Program-made: the position numbers and the translations under genes | Notes under the pieces: model-generated | The model's input: the letters and a program-made list of their open reading frames with translations, nothing else | Databases searched by the model: none | What the model was told of the DNA's origin: nothing | In this document: piece by piece, positions 18,379 to 28,324 of the stretch | Position numbering within the stretch: the first letter of the stretch is position 1 | Layout: each line of letters opens with the position of its first letter | From: Candidatus Jorgensenbacteria bacterium GW2011_GWA1_48_11 | GTDB taxonomy: Bacteria > Patescibacteriota > Minisyncoccia > UBA6257 > GWB1-50-10 | Direction of reading: 5' to 3' | NCBI GenBank assembly: GCA_001003475.1 | Contig: LCPF01000002.1 | Location: 2,190 to 64,175 of the forward strand | Length of the DNA: 61,986 nucleotides

Positions 18379-19605
18379 GTGCGCAATATCAAATCTCTTA
18401 AAACCACCCTTGACGAGCAATTGGCCAGGGCGGCTAATCAAATTTCCATTATCGAGCTCGTTGATCTGATTGTGGAATTCGCCTACGTTTCCCGGGCTTC
18501 GGACATCCATTTGGAACCGGCCGACGACAAGGTGATGGCCCGTTTGCGGATCGACGGCATTTTGCACGACGCTTTTTTCTTCGCCAAAGAACTGCAGGAC
18601 GAGGTCGTGAGCCGCATCAAAGTCCTCTCCGGCCTCAAAACCGATATTCACCATTCGCCCCAGGACGGCCGTTTCAAGGCCAAAATGGAAGGCGGCCGGG
18701 AAATCGATATCCGGGTTTCGATCGCGCCGACCTATTACGGCGAAAACGTGGTGATGAGGATTCTGGCCGAAGCGGCCCAGATTTTCACGCTGGACGACCT
18801 GGGTTTCTCGAAAGACCAGCTCGCGGCCGTCCACAAGGCCATTTTAAAGCCCTACGGCATGATCCTTGCGAACGGCCCGACCGGCTCCGGCAAGTCAACG
18901 ACGCTTTACGCCATGATCAAGAAACTCAATACCAAGGAAGTCTCGATCATTACGGTCGAAGACCCGATCGAGTATTCCATTCCGGGTATCACCCAGATGC
19001 AGGTGAATGTCCAGGCTGGCCTGACCTTTGCCTCGGGCTTGCGCTCGATCCTGCGGCAGGATCCGAACATTATCATGGTCGGCGAGATCCGCGATTCGGA
19101 AACCGCCAACATCGCCGTGAACGCCGCCCTGACCGGCCACTTGATGCTTTCCACTTTGCACACGAACGACGCCGCCACCACTTTTCCGCGCTTGATCGAT
19201 ATGGGCGTGCCGCCCTTCCTCGTCGCCTCGACCGTGAACGTCGTCATTGCCCAAAGATTGGTGCGGGTGGTGTGCCCCTCCTGCCGCAAGGCGCGGACCC
19301 TTAGCATCGCCGAGCTGAAGAGCCTGTCCTCGATCGCCAAGGAGCTTCTGGTGGACAAGGTTTACACCGTGGGGCCGGGCTGCAATGACTGCGACCATAC
19401 CGGTTACAAGAGCCGGATCGGCATCCACGAAGTTCTCGAGATCAACGACGATATCCGCTCATTGATCGTGGGCCGGGCCGACGCCAACCAGATCAAACAG
19501 CAGGCCGTCAAGAACGGGATGAAAACAATGATCGAAGACGGCGTCCTGAAGGCCCATGCGGGCGTGACGACGATCGAAGAGATCCTCCGGATCATTTATG
19601 AATGA
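18379..19605 (+). CDS. pilB: Type IV pilus assembly ATPase (PilB/GspE)
   Basis: ASDIHLEP, PQDGRF, GPTGSGKSTTLY, EDPIE, LRQDPN, GHLMLSTLHTN, CxxC pairs. Confidence 0.93.
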   Translation: MRNIKSLKTTLDEQLARAANQISIIELVDLIVEFAYVSRASDIHLEPADDKVMARLRIDGILHDAFFFAKELQDEVVSRIKVLSGLKTDIHHSPQDGRFKAKMEGGREIDIRVSIAPTYYGENVVMRILAEAAQIFTLDDLGFSKDQLAAVHKAILKPYGMILANGPTGSGKSTTLYAMIKKLNTKEVSIITVEDPIEYSIPGITQMQVNVQAGLTFASGLRSILRQDPNIIMVGEIRDSETANIAVNAALTGHLMLSTLHTNDAATTFPRLIDMGVPPFLVASTVNVVIAQRLVRVVCPSCRKARTLSIAELKSLSSIAKELLVDKVYTVGPGCNDCDHTGYKSRIGIHEVLEINDDIRSLIVGRADANQIKQQAVKNGMKTMIEDGVLKAHAGVTTIEEILRIIYE

Positions 19606-19672
19606 AGCCCCGTCGCCGGATCAAACACTGCAGCGCCCGGGCGCTTTTCTTGAAAACAAGCATTAAGTAATC

Positions 19673-20836
19673 ATGTCTTTATTCTCTTTTGGTAAGAGGG
19701 GTCAAATCCAAAACGTTCCAAAAAGCGAAGCGCTTGGCTCGGTGCGGGGCAAGAAGAATTCTTTCTGGGAATTTATGCGCCGCTTTTTGGGTTCTGTTCC
19801 GCTTCAGGAAAAGATCAATTTCGCCCGCCATCTTTCCGTTTCCATCAAAAGCGGCATGTCCTTGATTGACGCCTTGAAATTGATCCAGGGGCAGTCCAAT
19901 TCCAAAAAATTCAGCCGCTTGATCGGAATAATCATCGAAGACGTAGAGAACGGCCAGTTTTTGGCCCAAAGCCTGGCGAAATTCCAGTATGTTTTCGGCG
20001 ATCTGTTCGTGAATATGGTCAAAGTCGGGGAGACGAGCGGCAATCTTTCCCAAAGCCTGCTTTATCTGGCGGGCGAGATCAAGAAGCAGCGGGAGATCAA
20101 CCGGCGTATCAAGGGCGCCCTGATTTACCCTCTGATTATTTTGATCGCGACGATCGGCGTCACCTTGTTTCTGACGCTTTTCATTTTCCCGAAAATCCTG
20201 CCGATTTTCGTCAGCCTCAAGATCCAGCTGCCTTTTACGACCCGGCTCGTGATCCAATTTTTGAGCTTTCTCCAATTTTACGGCCTTTATCTTTTGGGCG
20301 TTTTGGTCCTGCTCTTTATTTTGGGCAAGGGCTTGCTCGCCCTCCGGCGGGTCCATTTCTTTTTTGACCAGCTGATGGTGAGCTTGCCCTTTCTTTCGCA
20401 GGTCATCGTGAACATCACCATGACGAGTTTTACCCGATCTTTGAGCGTGCTTTTGAAGAGCGGCATGACCCTGGTCGACGCCTTGGACATAGCGAGAGGC
20501 ACCTTCCACAATCTTTATTACCAGCGGGAAATAGAGCGGATGGCCGAGGGCGTGAAAAAAGGGGAATCGATGGCCCGCTATCTGGCCCAGAACCACCGGA
20601 TTTTCCCGCCGATGCTCACGGGCATGATCCAGGTCGGCGAATCGACCGGCAACCTGGAAGAAAACCTGTCTTACTTGTCCGATTACTACGAAAGCGAAGT
20701 GGACGAAACCTTGAAAAACCTGACGACGGTTTTGGAGCCGGTCTTGCTCCTCACGATGGGGCTTTTGGTCGGCTTCATCGCTCTTTCCATCATTACGCCG
20801 ATCTACCAGGTTACCCAGGGTTTGCAGATTAAGTAA
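19673..20836 (+). CDS. pilC: Type IV pilus platform protein (PilC/GspF)
   Basis: Two T2SSF repeats, VGETSGNL, ALIYP, VLEP..PIY. Confidence 0.92.
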   Translation: MSLFSFGKRGQIQNVPKSEALGSVRGKKNSFWEFMRRFLGSVPLQEKINFARHLSVSIKSGMSLIDALKLIQGQSNSKKFSRLIGIIIEDVENGQFLAQSLAKFQYVFGDLFVNMVKVGETSGNLSQSLLYLAGEIKKQREINRRIKGALIYPLIILIATIGVTLFLTLFIFPKILPIFVSLKIQLPFTTRLVIQFLSFLQFYGLYLLGVLVLLFILGKGLLALRRVHFFFDQLMVSLPFLSQVIVNITMTSFTRSLSVLLKSGMTLVDALDIARGTFHNLYYQREIERMAEGVKKGESMARYLAQNHRIFPPMLTGMIQVGESTGNLEENLSYLSDYYESEVDETLKNLTTVLEPVLLLTMGLLVGFIALSIITPIYQVTQGLQIK

Positions 20837-21292
20837 ATGAAAGCAGGCGTCTTGAAACATAAAAGTGGTGCTGGGTTTACGATCATGGAATTGGTGATCG
20901 TGATAGGCATTTTTGCCGTCGTCCTGGCTTTCGGTTTGCCGATCGGCCTGGACAGCTACCGCAATTATCTTTTGACTTCCGAACAAAGGAATCTGGTGAG
21001 TATTTTGCGCCGGGCCGAAAACCTTTCTCTGGCCAATAACGGCGGCTTGCCGCACGGCGTGGCCCTTGGGGAAGGTCAATACGTCCTTTACCAGGGCTCT
21101 TCTTACGCTGTCCGCAACCAGGCTTTCGATGAGAATTATCCGCGGGTTTCCTCGGTGGCGGTTTCAAGCACGCCGGAGATAAATTTCCTGAACCTTTCGG
21201 CCATGCCGAGCGTGACCGGCACCATTGTCCTTTCGAACGGTCTCCGTTCCCTCACGATCACGGTCAATGATCAGGGTGCAATTTTATGGTAA
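20837..21292 (+). CDS. Type IV minor pilin
   Basis: G|FTIMELVIVIGIFAVV class III signal. Confidence 0.88.
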   Translation: MKAGVLKHKSGAGFTIMELVIVIGIFAVVLAFGLPIGLDSYRNYLLTSEQRNLVSILRRAENLSLANNGGLPHGVALGEGQYVLYQGSSYAVRNQAFDENYPRVSSVAVSSTPEINFLNLSAMPSVTGTIVLSNGLRSLTITVNDQGAILW

Positions 21293-21978
21293 TCCGTCCG
21301 CTCGCTGATTTCATTTTCGGCCCGTTCCTGACCTGGTCGCCGCTCGTGTTTTTCTGGCTGGTTTTCGTCCTGGCTCTTTTGGCTTATTTCCGGCCCGCCA
21401 AGATCGCGGGCCGCATCCCCTCGGTTTTTTTGGACCTGAAAAATCTCATTCTGGGGCTCGTGATCTTCCGCCTGCTTTACGCTTTTCTCGAAACAGCCGG
21501 CCAATACCGGCTTTGGCTCGGAAGCGGCCTTACGAAGCTCCTATTGAACTCGCCCTTGAGCCGGGAATTTTCCTTGCCTTTCCTTTTGGACAAATTCCCG
21601 GGTGTTTTTCAAAGCCGTTTGGGTTATTTTCTTTTTTATTCTTACGGCCGTTTTTGGCTGGGCCTTGTCGTCGCTTTCGGAATGGCGCTGGCTTTTTATT
21701 TCATTCTGAAGGCCCTTAAAAAATACCAGGAAAGGTTTTTTGAAGAAAATGAGTTAGCCTTGGGTTTTTTGCTCGCTTTTTTGGTCGGCTGGCCGGGCGT
21801 TTTGGTTTTCATCGTCCTGCTTTTCATTTTCATCCTGATAATCTCCGTTTTCCGCCGCTTGTTTTTGTCCGAAACTTACACAACCTTCAGCGGGCCGATG
21901 TTTTTGGCCGGTTTCGTGACTCTGGGCTGGGAGAGCGAGCTCGTCGGGCTGCTTAATTTGACTGTTTTTAAAATATGA
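21286..21978 (+). CDS. Polytopic membrane protein resembling the prepilin peptidase (A24) C-terminal region
   Basis: FLLAFLVGWPG and FSGPMFLAG segments; lies within the pilin cluster; canonical GxGD absent. Confidence 0.5.
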   Translation: MVIRPLADFIFGPFLTWSPLVFFWLVFVLALLAYFRPAKIAGRIPSVFLDLKNLILGLVIFRLLYAFLETAGQYRLWLGSGLTKLLLNSPLSREFSLPFLLDKFPGVFQSRLGYFLFYSYGRFWLGLVVAFGMALAFYFILKALKKYQERFFEENELALGFLLAFLVGWPGVLVFIVLLFIFILIISVFRRLFLSETYTTFSGPMFLAGFVTLGWESELVGLLNLTVFKI

Positions 21979-23420
21979 AAGCAACGAGAAAAATCCTTGA
22001 AAACAGGTCCGGTCAAAGCTTGGTGGACATTCTCATCGGCTTGGCCATTATTTCTTTGGGCATCAGCATGGCGACCATCCTGGTTTTGGGCGGCCAAAGC
22101 GTTTTGGTGGACCGCGGCAATGCCACCGAAGCCCGGGCTTTGGCCAGGGCCGGCGTCGAGGGTGCGGTCCTGTACGTCAAAAACAATTGGAACGGCGTCT
22201 CGGACGGCAATTACGGTTTAGGTTTTGCGAACGGCATTTGGCAGTTGGCGAATTCTTCGGACACGCAATCCATCTTTAACCGCGTGATCAATGTTTCGAC
22301 GACGGCCGCCGACCAGAAGCAGATCAAAAGTATCGTCAGTTGGCTGGCCAGTCCGACGAGGCAATTGAGCGTCGAACAGGATACGCTGGTTACGAATTGG
22401 AACGTGATCGAAACGAGCGGCGGGGATGCCGGCGGCGGCGGCCTTTCCGGCGATTGGCAGAACCCCCGGACTTTGGGCACGATCGATTTGGGTCCCGGTA
22501 ATTCCGCTACCGGCCTGGACGTCAAAAATAAGATCGTTTATCTTTCGGCCCAGGCTTCGGATCCCAAAAAGCCGGATTTTTATGTTGTCGATGCCACGGA
22601 CGGCGGAAATCCTTTCGTTGCCTCCAGCTCGAATACCGGCCCCGGCCTTTTATCGGTTGACGCGGCGGGCGATTATGCCTATGCCGGCAATTCGGACGAT
22701 GACGGCCAATTGCAGGTGATCGACGTATCGAATATCAATAGCCCCGTGCTCGTTGCGTCTTATGAATTGCCGGGTGTCTCGGGCAGCGGCGCCGTCGGCA
22801 ATACGGTTTTTTACGATAACCAGAAGATTTATCTCGGCACTAAGCGGGCAACGGGTCCGGAGTTCCACGTCATCGACGTTTCAAATCCCTTAAGCCCGAT
22901 CGAGATGGGCAGTTACGAAGTCGGTGCCGACATTAATGACATTTATGTCTTGGACAATACTGCTTATTTGGCCACTGCCAATGACGGTGAGGAAGTTCTG
23001 GTTTTGGACGTGGCTAATCCGGCGAGCATCAGCGAGGTCGGCGGTTTCAATGCCGTCTCCGGCGAAGACGGCAAGAGCGTTTACCTCGTTGGCAATAAGC
23101 TTTATCTGGGCCGCACTTCGGGCAGTAATGATTTCGTGATCGCGGACGCTTCCGTTCTCCAATCCATTCAGCAGTTGAGTTCCAATAATTTGGGAGGCGT
23201 GAGCGTGAACGGCATCGTTACCCGGGATTATCTGGCTTTTTTGGCCACCTCCGATTCCAACAGCGAGTTTCAGATTTGGAATATCGCCAGTTCGACGGCG
23301 CCCGCTCTTTGGAGCGAATTCAATTTTCCCCAGGTCGCCACGAGCATTGACTACGAAGATAACGTCGTTTATGTTTCCGTCCGTTCGAACGACGCCCTGC
23401 GCATAATCACTTCTCAATAA
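21975..23420 (+). CDS. Pilin-like protein with C-terminal LVIVD-repeat beta-propeller (putative tip adhesin)
   Basis: G|QSLVDILIG leader; repeats LQVIDVSN, FHVIDVSNP, VLVLDVANP. Confidence 0.8.
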   Translation: MKATRKILENRSGQSLVDILIGLAIISLGISMATILVLGGQSVLVDRGNATEARALARAGVEGAVLYVKNNWNGVSDGNYGLGFANGIWQLANSSDTQSIFNRVINVSTTAADQKQIKSIVSWLASPTRQLSVEQDTLVTNWNVIETSGGDAGGGGLSGDWQNPRTLGTIDLGPGNSATGLDVKNKIVYLSAQASDPKKPDFYVVDATDGGNPFVASSSNTGPGLLSVDAAGDYAYAGNSDDDGQLQVIDVSNINSPVLVASYELPGVSGSGAVGNTVFYDNQKIYLGTKRATGPEFHVIDVSNPLSPIEMGSYEVGADINDIYVLDNTAYLATANDGEEVLVLDVANPASISEVGGFNAVSGEDGKSVYLVGNKLYLGRTSGSNDFVIADASVLQSIQQLSSNNLGGVSVNGIVTRDYLAFLATSDSNSEFQIWNIASSTAPALWSEFNFPQVATSIDYEDNVVYVSVRSNDALRIITSQ

Positions 23421-23421
23421 A

Positions 23422-23940
23422 ATGTTTGTAAATTGTAAATTGAAAATTGTAAATTCCCGTTCGGGTTTCACCTTGATCGAGATCCTGATTTATTCCGTCA
23501 TTCTCGCCATCTTCATCGGCGCCGCCTTTTCTTTTATCGCGAGCGTTTTGGGCACGACGGACACGCTTTTGGAGCGCAACGAAGTTTTGGCCAATCAGGA
23601 TTTTGCGGAAAGGAAGATTTACTGGATTTTGGGGCAGGCCACCGGCATTCTCGCGCCCGGCCCGAACAGCTCTGGCACGGTTTTGACGGTCGGGGGCAAT
23701 GACCCGGCGATATATCCCGTGAATCTGACTTTGGTCAGCGGCCAGATCACCCTGGCTTTGCCGGGCAAGGAAGCGGCGGCCTTGACCAATAACCGGGTTC
23801 GGGCCGATCAGTTTCTGGTTCAGACTTTCAGCAATAGCCAAACTTCCTCGACCCTGGCCGTTACTCTGGGTTTTAGCGACACTCTTTTTACCCACATCCG
23901 GTCGTCAACCACTATTTTTTATGTTTTCCCGCAAAATTAA
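23422..23940 (+). CDS. Type IV minor pilin
   Basis: G|FTLIEILIYSVIL. Confidence 0.88.
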   Translation: MFVNCKLKIVNSRSGFTLIEILIYSVILAIFIGAAFSFIASVLGTTDTLLERNEVLANQDFAERKIYWILGQATGILAPGPNSSGTVLTVGGNDPAIYPVNLTLVSGQITLALPGKEAAALTNNRVRADQFLVQTFSNSQTSSTLAVTLGFSDTLFTHIRSSTTIFYVFPQN

Positions 23941-24349
23941 CATTCAAAAAAAAGAGGGCTTGGCCGCGGGCAGGGCGGGTTACATTGCCGTGGTTTCAGC
24001 CGTGATCATCACGGCTATCGTGATGGTGATCGCGCTGGTTTTCTCGGGTAGCAATTTTTTGGGTCGTTTCGACAGCCAAGCCCTGGAAATGAAAGATATG
24101 GCCCGCAGTCTCGCCCAAGGCTGTCTCGAATACGCCCGCTTGCAATTGGCAACGAATCCGAACTATGCCGGCAATGAGACTCGGCCCATCGGCGGCTACT
24201 TTTGTTCGCTTTTGCCGATCAGTCTTCAAAACAATCAATATTTGATCCAGGCCAGTTCGACCGTGGGCAGAGGAAGCGTCAAATTGAAGCTTTGGGCCGA
24301 CCAAAATACCCTGAAAACGGTTTCTCTGCAGGAGGTCGGCGGTTTTTAA
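23921..24349 (+). CDS. PilX-like minor pilin
   Basis: G|YIAVVSAVII lacking E5; ARSLAQGCLEYA. Confidence 0.75.
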   Translation: MFSRKINIQKKEGLAAGRAGYIAVVSAVIITAIVMVIALVFSGSNFLGRFDSQALEMKDMARSLAQGCLEYARLQLATNPNYAGNETRPIGGYFCSLLPISLQNNQYLIQASSTVGRGSVKLKLWADQNTLKTVSLQEVGGF

Positions 24350-24439
24350 TTGGGGATGACAATAAATCCGTTTGTGTTAAAATATCAACATTGAATTTCA
24401 AGGTCGAAAAATAAATTTATAAATTACCGAAAGAAATAT

Positions 24440-24910
24440 ATGACAGGAGATAAAAGCAGGAGCAGAAGCGGTTTCACCTTAATCGAACTCTTGGTCGTGA
24501 TCGGTATCATCGCGATTTTGGCGGGCATTGTGATCGTCGCCCTGAATCCGGCCAGGCAGTTTGCCCAGGCGCGGAACACCCAGCGGACGGCCAACGTGAC
24601 GACCATTTTGGACGCGATCAGCCAGAATCTGGCCGACAACAAAGGCGTCTTCACTTGCGCGGCCGGAGTGATTCCGACCACCTCCACTTTGATGGCCGTC
24701 GGTGCCGGCAATTACGATATTGCCCCTTGCGTCGTGCCGACCTATGTTTCGTCAATGCCTTTTGATCCGAGTGCGACCGGCGCCCATTACGCCTCGAACA
24801 CCGATTATAACAGCGGTTATAACGTTCAGAGGGATTCTATGACCGGCCGGGTGACGGTTTCGGCGCCATCGACCGAACTCACGACCACGACCATTTCCGT
24901 GACAAGATAG
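24440..24910 (+). CDS. Type IV pilin (probable major pilin)
   Basis: G|FTLIELLVVIGIIAILAGIVIVALNP..ARNTQR, PFDP. Confidence 0.9.
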   Translation: MTGDKSRSRSGFTLIELLVVIGIIAILAGIVIVALNPARQFAQARNTQRTANVTTILDAISQNLADNKGVFTCAAGVIPTTSTLMAVGAGNYDIAPCVVPTYVSSMPFDPSATGAHYASNTDYNSGYNVQRDSMTGRVTVSAPSTELTTTTISVTR

Positions 24911-24973
24911 GGGAATCTGCTATAATAGTTCCACAAAGGAATAGGCTCGATGTGAGGTCGAGCTTATTTCTTT

Positions 24974-26086
24974 TTATTTCTGCTTTGGCAGACTTTCCAA
25001 AATGGCGATTTCGAGAGGGATGATCGGAAATTGGCTGTAGCGCATCTGGCTGAAGGCGTTCAAGAGGGCCTTGATGAGGCTGAGGTCGTTTTCGCCGAAA
25101 ACGCCGGCGTGAGCTTTCATTTTGGCCAGGTGTTCGGCCATCAGCTCTTTTTTGAAGGCTTGTTCTATCTCCGGGTTGAACTTTAAAACCGCGACGCGGC
25201 GCAGGTATTTTATCAAATCTTTGGTGAATTGGGCGATGTTGTAGCCGCCTTCCTCGATTTCCGAGAGGGCGTTCAGGGCCTTTTCCGGGTTTTTGCCGAG
25301 AAGATAGCCGCCGAATTCCGAAACCTTATCGAAGCCGATCTTGCCGAGGGTCTTTTCCACCTCCGCAAGAGCGATTTCTTTTTCGCCGAAAGAAGCCAGC
25401 TGATCCAAAAGCGATTCGGCATCCCGGAAACTGCCTTCAGCCGAAGAAGAGATGAGGTCCAGGGCTTCTTCGGAAATTTTTATATTCTCCTCCTTGACGA
25501 TTTTTTTCAATTTGGCGACGACGAGCTCCAAGGGAACCCGCTTGAAGTAGAATTGCTGGGCCCGGGAGCTTACGGTGACCGGGATTTTTTCGGCTTCGGT
25601 CGTGGCCAAGACGAAAATGACGTAGGGCGGCGGCTCTTCCAAGGTTTTCAAAAGAGCGTTGAAGGCTTCTTTGGTGAGCATGTGAGCCTCGTCAATGATG
25701 AAAACCTTGTAGCGGAGAAAAGAAGGGGATAAACGGACGCTCTCTTTCAAATCCCTGATCTCGTCGATGCCGCGATTGGAGGCGGCGTCGATCTCGACGA
25801 CGTCCAGGCTGCGGCCCTCGTCAATGCTTTGGCAGGCGATGCAGCGGTTGCAGGGCTCGCCTTTAGCTTTGAAAGCGGCGTCTTTGGCCCTGGTTTCGCA
25901 GTTGGCGATCTTGGCAATGAGGCGGGCGGTCGTGGTTTTGCCGGTGCCGCGCGGACCGGAAAAAAGATAGGCGTGGGAGAGCAGGTCTTTCCTGGCCGCC
26001 TCTTTCAAAACTTGGACGATGAAATCCTGGCCGATCAGAGTATCGAACGTAGCCGGTCGGTATTTTCTGTAAATCGCTAACGCCAT
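24974..26086 (-). CDS. dnaX: DNA polymerase III subunit gamma/tau
   Basis: YRKYRP, GPRGTGKTT, EIDAASNRGIDEIR, DEAHML, NALLKTLEEPP. Confidence 0.96.
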   Translation of the reverse strand: MALAIYRKYRPATFDTLIGQDFIVQVLKEAARKDLLSHAYLFSGPRGTGKTTTARLIAKIANCETRAKDAAFKAKGEPCNRCIACQSIDEGRSLDVVEIDAASNRGIDEIRDLKESVRLSPSFLRYKVFIIDEAHMLTKEAFNALLKTLEEPPPYVIFVLATTEAEKIPVTVSSRAQQFYFKRVPLELVVAKLKKIVKEENIKISEEALDLISSSAEGSFRDAESLLDQLASFGEKEIALAEVEKTLGKIGFDKVSEFGGYLLGKNPEKALNALSEIEEGGYNIAQFTKDLIKYLRRVAVLKFNPEIEQAFKKELMAEHLAKMKAHAGVFGENDLSLIKALLNAFSQMRYSQFPIIPLEIAILESLPKQK

Positions 26087-26131
26087 GATAAGCTTATTAT
26101 AATAGCTCTATTCTAAAACAAAAATTAAAGC

Positions 26132-26671
26132 ATGCAAAAGGCGGTTTTTAGTCTGTTCGTATTTGCCCTGATCGCGGTTTTGGCGTATGTTTTAATAAAC
26201 GAGCAAATTCCAATGGGCAATCTGATTTTAAAAAGTTCGGCTTTCAAGGAAGGCGATTTGATACCGCCGAGATTCACCTGCGACGGCGACAACATCAATC
26301 CGCTTTTGGAAATCCGGAACATTCCGGAAAATACGAAAAGTCTTGTTTTGATCGTGGATGATCCGGATGCGACCGGCGGCCGGACCTTTGACCACTGGCT
26401 GGTTTTCAATATGCCGGCCAAGACCCAATATATTTCCGAGGACAGCTTGCCGTTGGGCGCCAAGGAGGGGATAAACGGCGCCGGGAGCGTCAAATACGTC
26501 GGGCCTTGCCCGCCGCGGGGCAATGCGCCGCACCGCTACATGTTCAAGCTTTACGCTTTGGATGCCGTTCTGGATCTGGTCTCGGGCGTCACGAAAGCCG
26601 AGTTGGAAAAAACCATGGCTGGCCACATTTTGGACCAGACCGTGCTTATTGGCCGTTATGGCCGCCATTAA
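26132..26671 (+). CDS. YbhB/YbcL (PEBP) family protein
   Basis: DDPDA, FDHW, YVGPCPP, HRYMFKLYALD. Confidence 0.92.
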   Translation: MQKAVFSLFVFALIAVLAYVLINEQIPMGNLILKSSAFKEGDLIPPRFTCDGDNINPLLEIRNIPENTKSLVLIVDDPDATGGRTFDHWLVFNMPAKTQYISEDSLPLGAKEGINGAGSVKYVGPCPPRGNAPHRYMFKLYALDAVLDLVSGVTKAELEKTMAGHILDQTVLIGRYGRH

Positions 26672-26673
26672 AT

Positions 26674-27249
26674 ATGGCCAAGGATACGGAAATCGAACTG
26701 CAAACCAAGGTTGAGCGCCTCGCTCCGCTTTTGGCGTTCCTGGAAAAAGAAGGGAAATTCGAATCGGATAACCATCAGCGGGACGAATATTTTACGCCCG
26801 TCCATCGCGATTTCCTGGCGCCGCGGCCGATCGAAGAGTGGTTCCGCCTCCGCGATTCGAACGGCAAGTACTCCATTAATTACAAGAAGTGGCATTTTGA
26901 CGGCGAGGGCCGCGGTCTTTATGCCGATGAACACGAAACAAAGATAGAAAATCCGGAGGCCATGAGAAAAATCCTCGCTACTTTGGACTTCAAGCCGGTT
27001 ATAGTCGTTGATAAGGAAAGGAAGATCTGGCGGTATAAAGATTACGAAATATCGGTGGATTCGGTGAAGAACCTCGGCGATTTCGTCGAGATCGAGTATT
27101 ACGGCGACAGCCACCACTCCAATCACAAGGAAATCATGGACGGGATGATAAGCTTTCTTAAGGGTTTGGGCTGCGGCACGCTGGAGATAAATCACAGCGG
27201 CTACCCGGCCTTATTGCTCGGCCGCGCTGAAAGGATTGATAAAATATGA
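26674..27249 (+). CDS. CYTH domain protein (class IV adenylate cyclase-like)
   Basis: EIELQ, QRDEYF, RLR, EHET, KER, LGDFVEIE, GY; start taken at MAKDT. Confidence 0.85.
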   Translation: MAKDTEIELQTKVERLAPLLAFLEKEGKFESDNHQRDEYFTPVHRDFLAPRPIEEWFRLRDSNGKYSINYKKWHFDGEGRGLYADEHETKIENPEAMRKILATLDFKPVIVVDKERKIWRYKDYEISVDSVKNLGDFVEIEYYGDSHHSNHKEIMDGMISFLKGLGCGTLEINHSGYPALLLGRAERIDKI

Positions 27250-28235
27250 TCCAGGAAAAATTAGAGAGTAAAGAAAAGAGTTACGAGCCGGGAGATTATC
27301 GCCTTGGGGTTAGCCTAGAATTGGCGAGAAAAAGCATATCAGAAAACTTTCCTAATATTTCGCTTAAAAGCATAGATTATTTCAGTGAAGGGCTTGGCAA
27401 TGTTGTTTTTCTCGTAAATGGCGAATACATATTTAAATTTGCCAGGCACGAAAAGGCCAGTAAGCGCCTTGAGCAGGAATTGAATTTGCTTCCCAAGCTT
27501 GTCGAGCGGATCAGCTTGCCGATTCCCAATCCCGAATACGCCGGCCGGCAGGCCGATAACGGTTTGAGATTCTTCGGTTATAAAAAAATCGAAGGCATCG
27601 GCTTAACAAAAGAAAGCATTAACGGCTTAGATGAAGAGACGCAAATGAAGTTAGCGAAACAACTGGCAGAACTTTTGAAGCAAATCAGTTCAATTGATTT
27701 AGACGAAGCCAGGCAATGGGGGATAGAAGAAGTTGATCCCAGAACTTTCTATGCTCGTCAATTAAAGGAAGCCCGAGAGATAGTCTACCCGATTTTGGAA
27801 GCTCAATATCCCGAGGAAGCCGAAGAATTAAAGACCTACATCGAAGGTTTTTTTCGAGATTATTTTAATAACGCAGACAATTTCGATTTTAAACCGGCTG
27901 TAGTGCACGGCGATTTAGAAGGCCGTTTGGCTATTATTTTCGATCCCGAAAAGCGGGAAATTTCCGGTATCGTTGATGCCGGTAATCCCGAGATTAATGA
28001 CCCTGATTTTGATTTGTGGCGGCTTTACGCCCACTATGGCTGGGATTTCATGGTAAAGCTTCTTAAATTTTTGCCCCATGACAGTCTTGAAAGATTGCGT
28101 GGGAAGCTGGATTTTTTCTGGCGCGCCCAAACCGTTCATCGCGCCGTGAGAGCAATCCTTCTCAAAGACGAAGAAAGCATCGAAATTTCATTAAAACAAA
28201 TGAAGGATAAAGCAAAAGATTATGAACCAGCCTGA
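27246..28235 (+). CDS. Aminoglycoside phosphotransferase (APH)-family kinase
   Basis: IFKF, PIPNP, VHGDL, GIVD, DPDFD. Confidence 0.85.
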   Translation: MIQEKLESKEKSYEPGDYRLGVSLELARKSISENFPNISLKSIDYFSEGLGNVVFLVNGEYIFKFARHEKASKRLEQELNLLPKLVERISLPIPNPEYAGRQADNGLRFFGYKKIEGIGLTKESINGLDEETQMKLAKQLAELLKQISSIDLDEARQWGIEEVDPRTFYARQLKEAREIVYPILEAQYPEEAEELKTYIEGFFRDYFNNADNFDFKPAVVHGDLEGRLAIIFDPEKREISGIVDAGNPEINDPDFDLWRLYAHYGWDFMVKLLKFLPHDSLERLRGKLDFFWRAQTVHRAVRAILLKDEESIEISLKQMKDKAKDYEPA

Positions 28236-28247
28236 AACAAAAATCTC

Positions 28248-28301
28248 GCTGTGCGGCCGCATAGCACTATGACATGTCATAGTGTTGTGACGCGTCATAA
28301 C
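28248..28301. repeat. Three tandem 18-bp palindromes (RCTATG-N6-CATAGY consensus)
   Basis: GCTGTGCGGCCGCATAGC / ACTATGACATGTCATAGT / GTTGTGACGCGTCATAAC. Confidence 0.75.
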
Positions 28302-28324
28302 ACCAATTAAATTAAATTCAAAGC

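Noticed and set aside
28248-28301. CRISPR array
   Set aside because: The palindromes abut with no spacers, and there are no cas genes.
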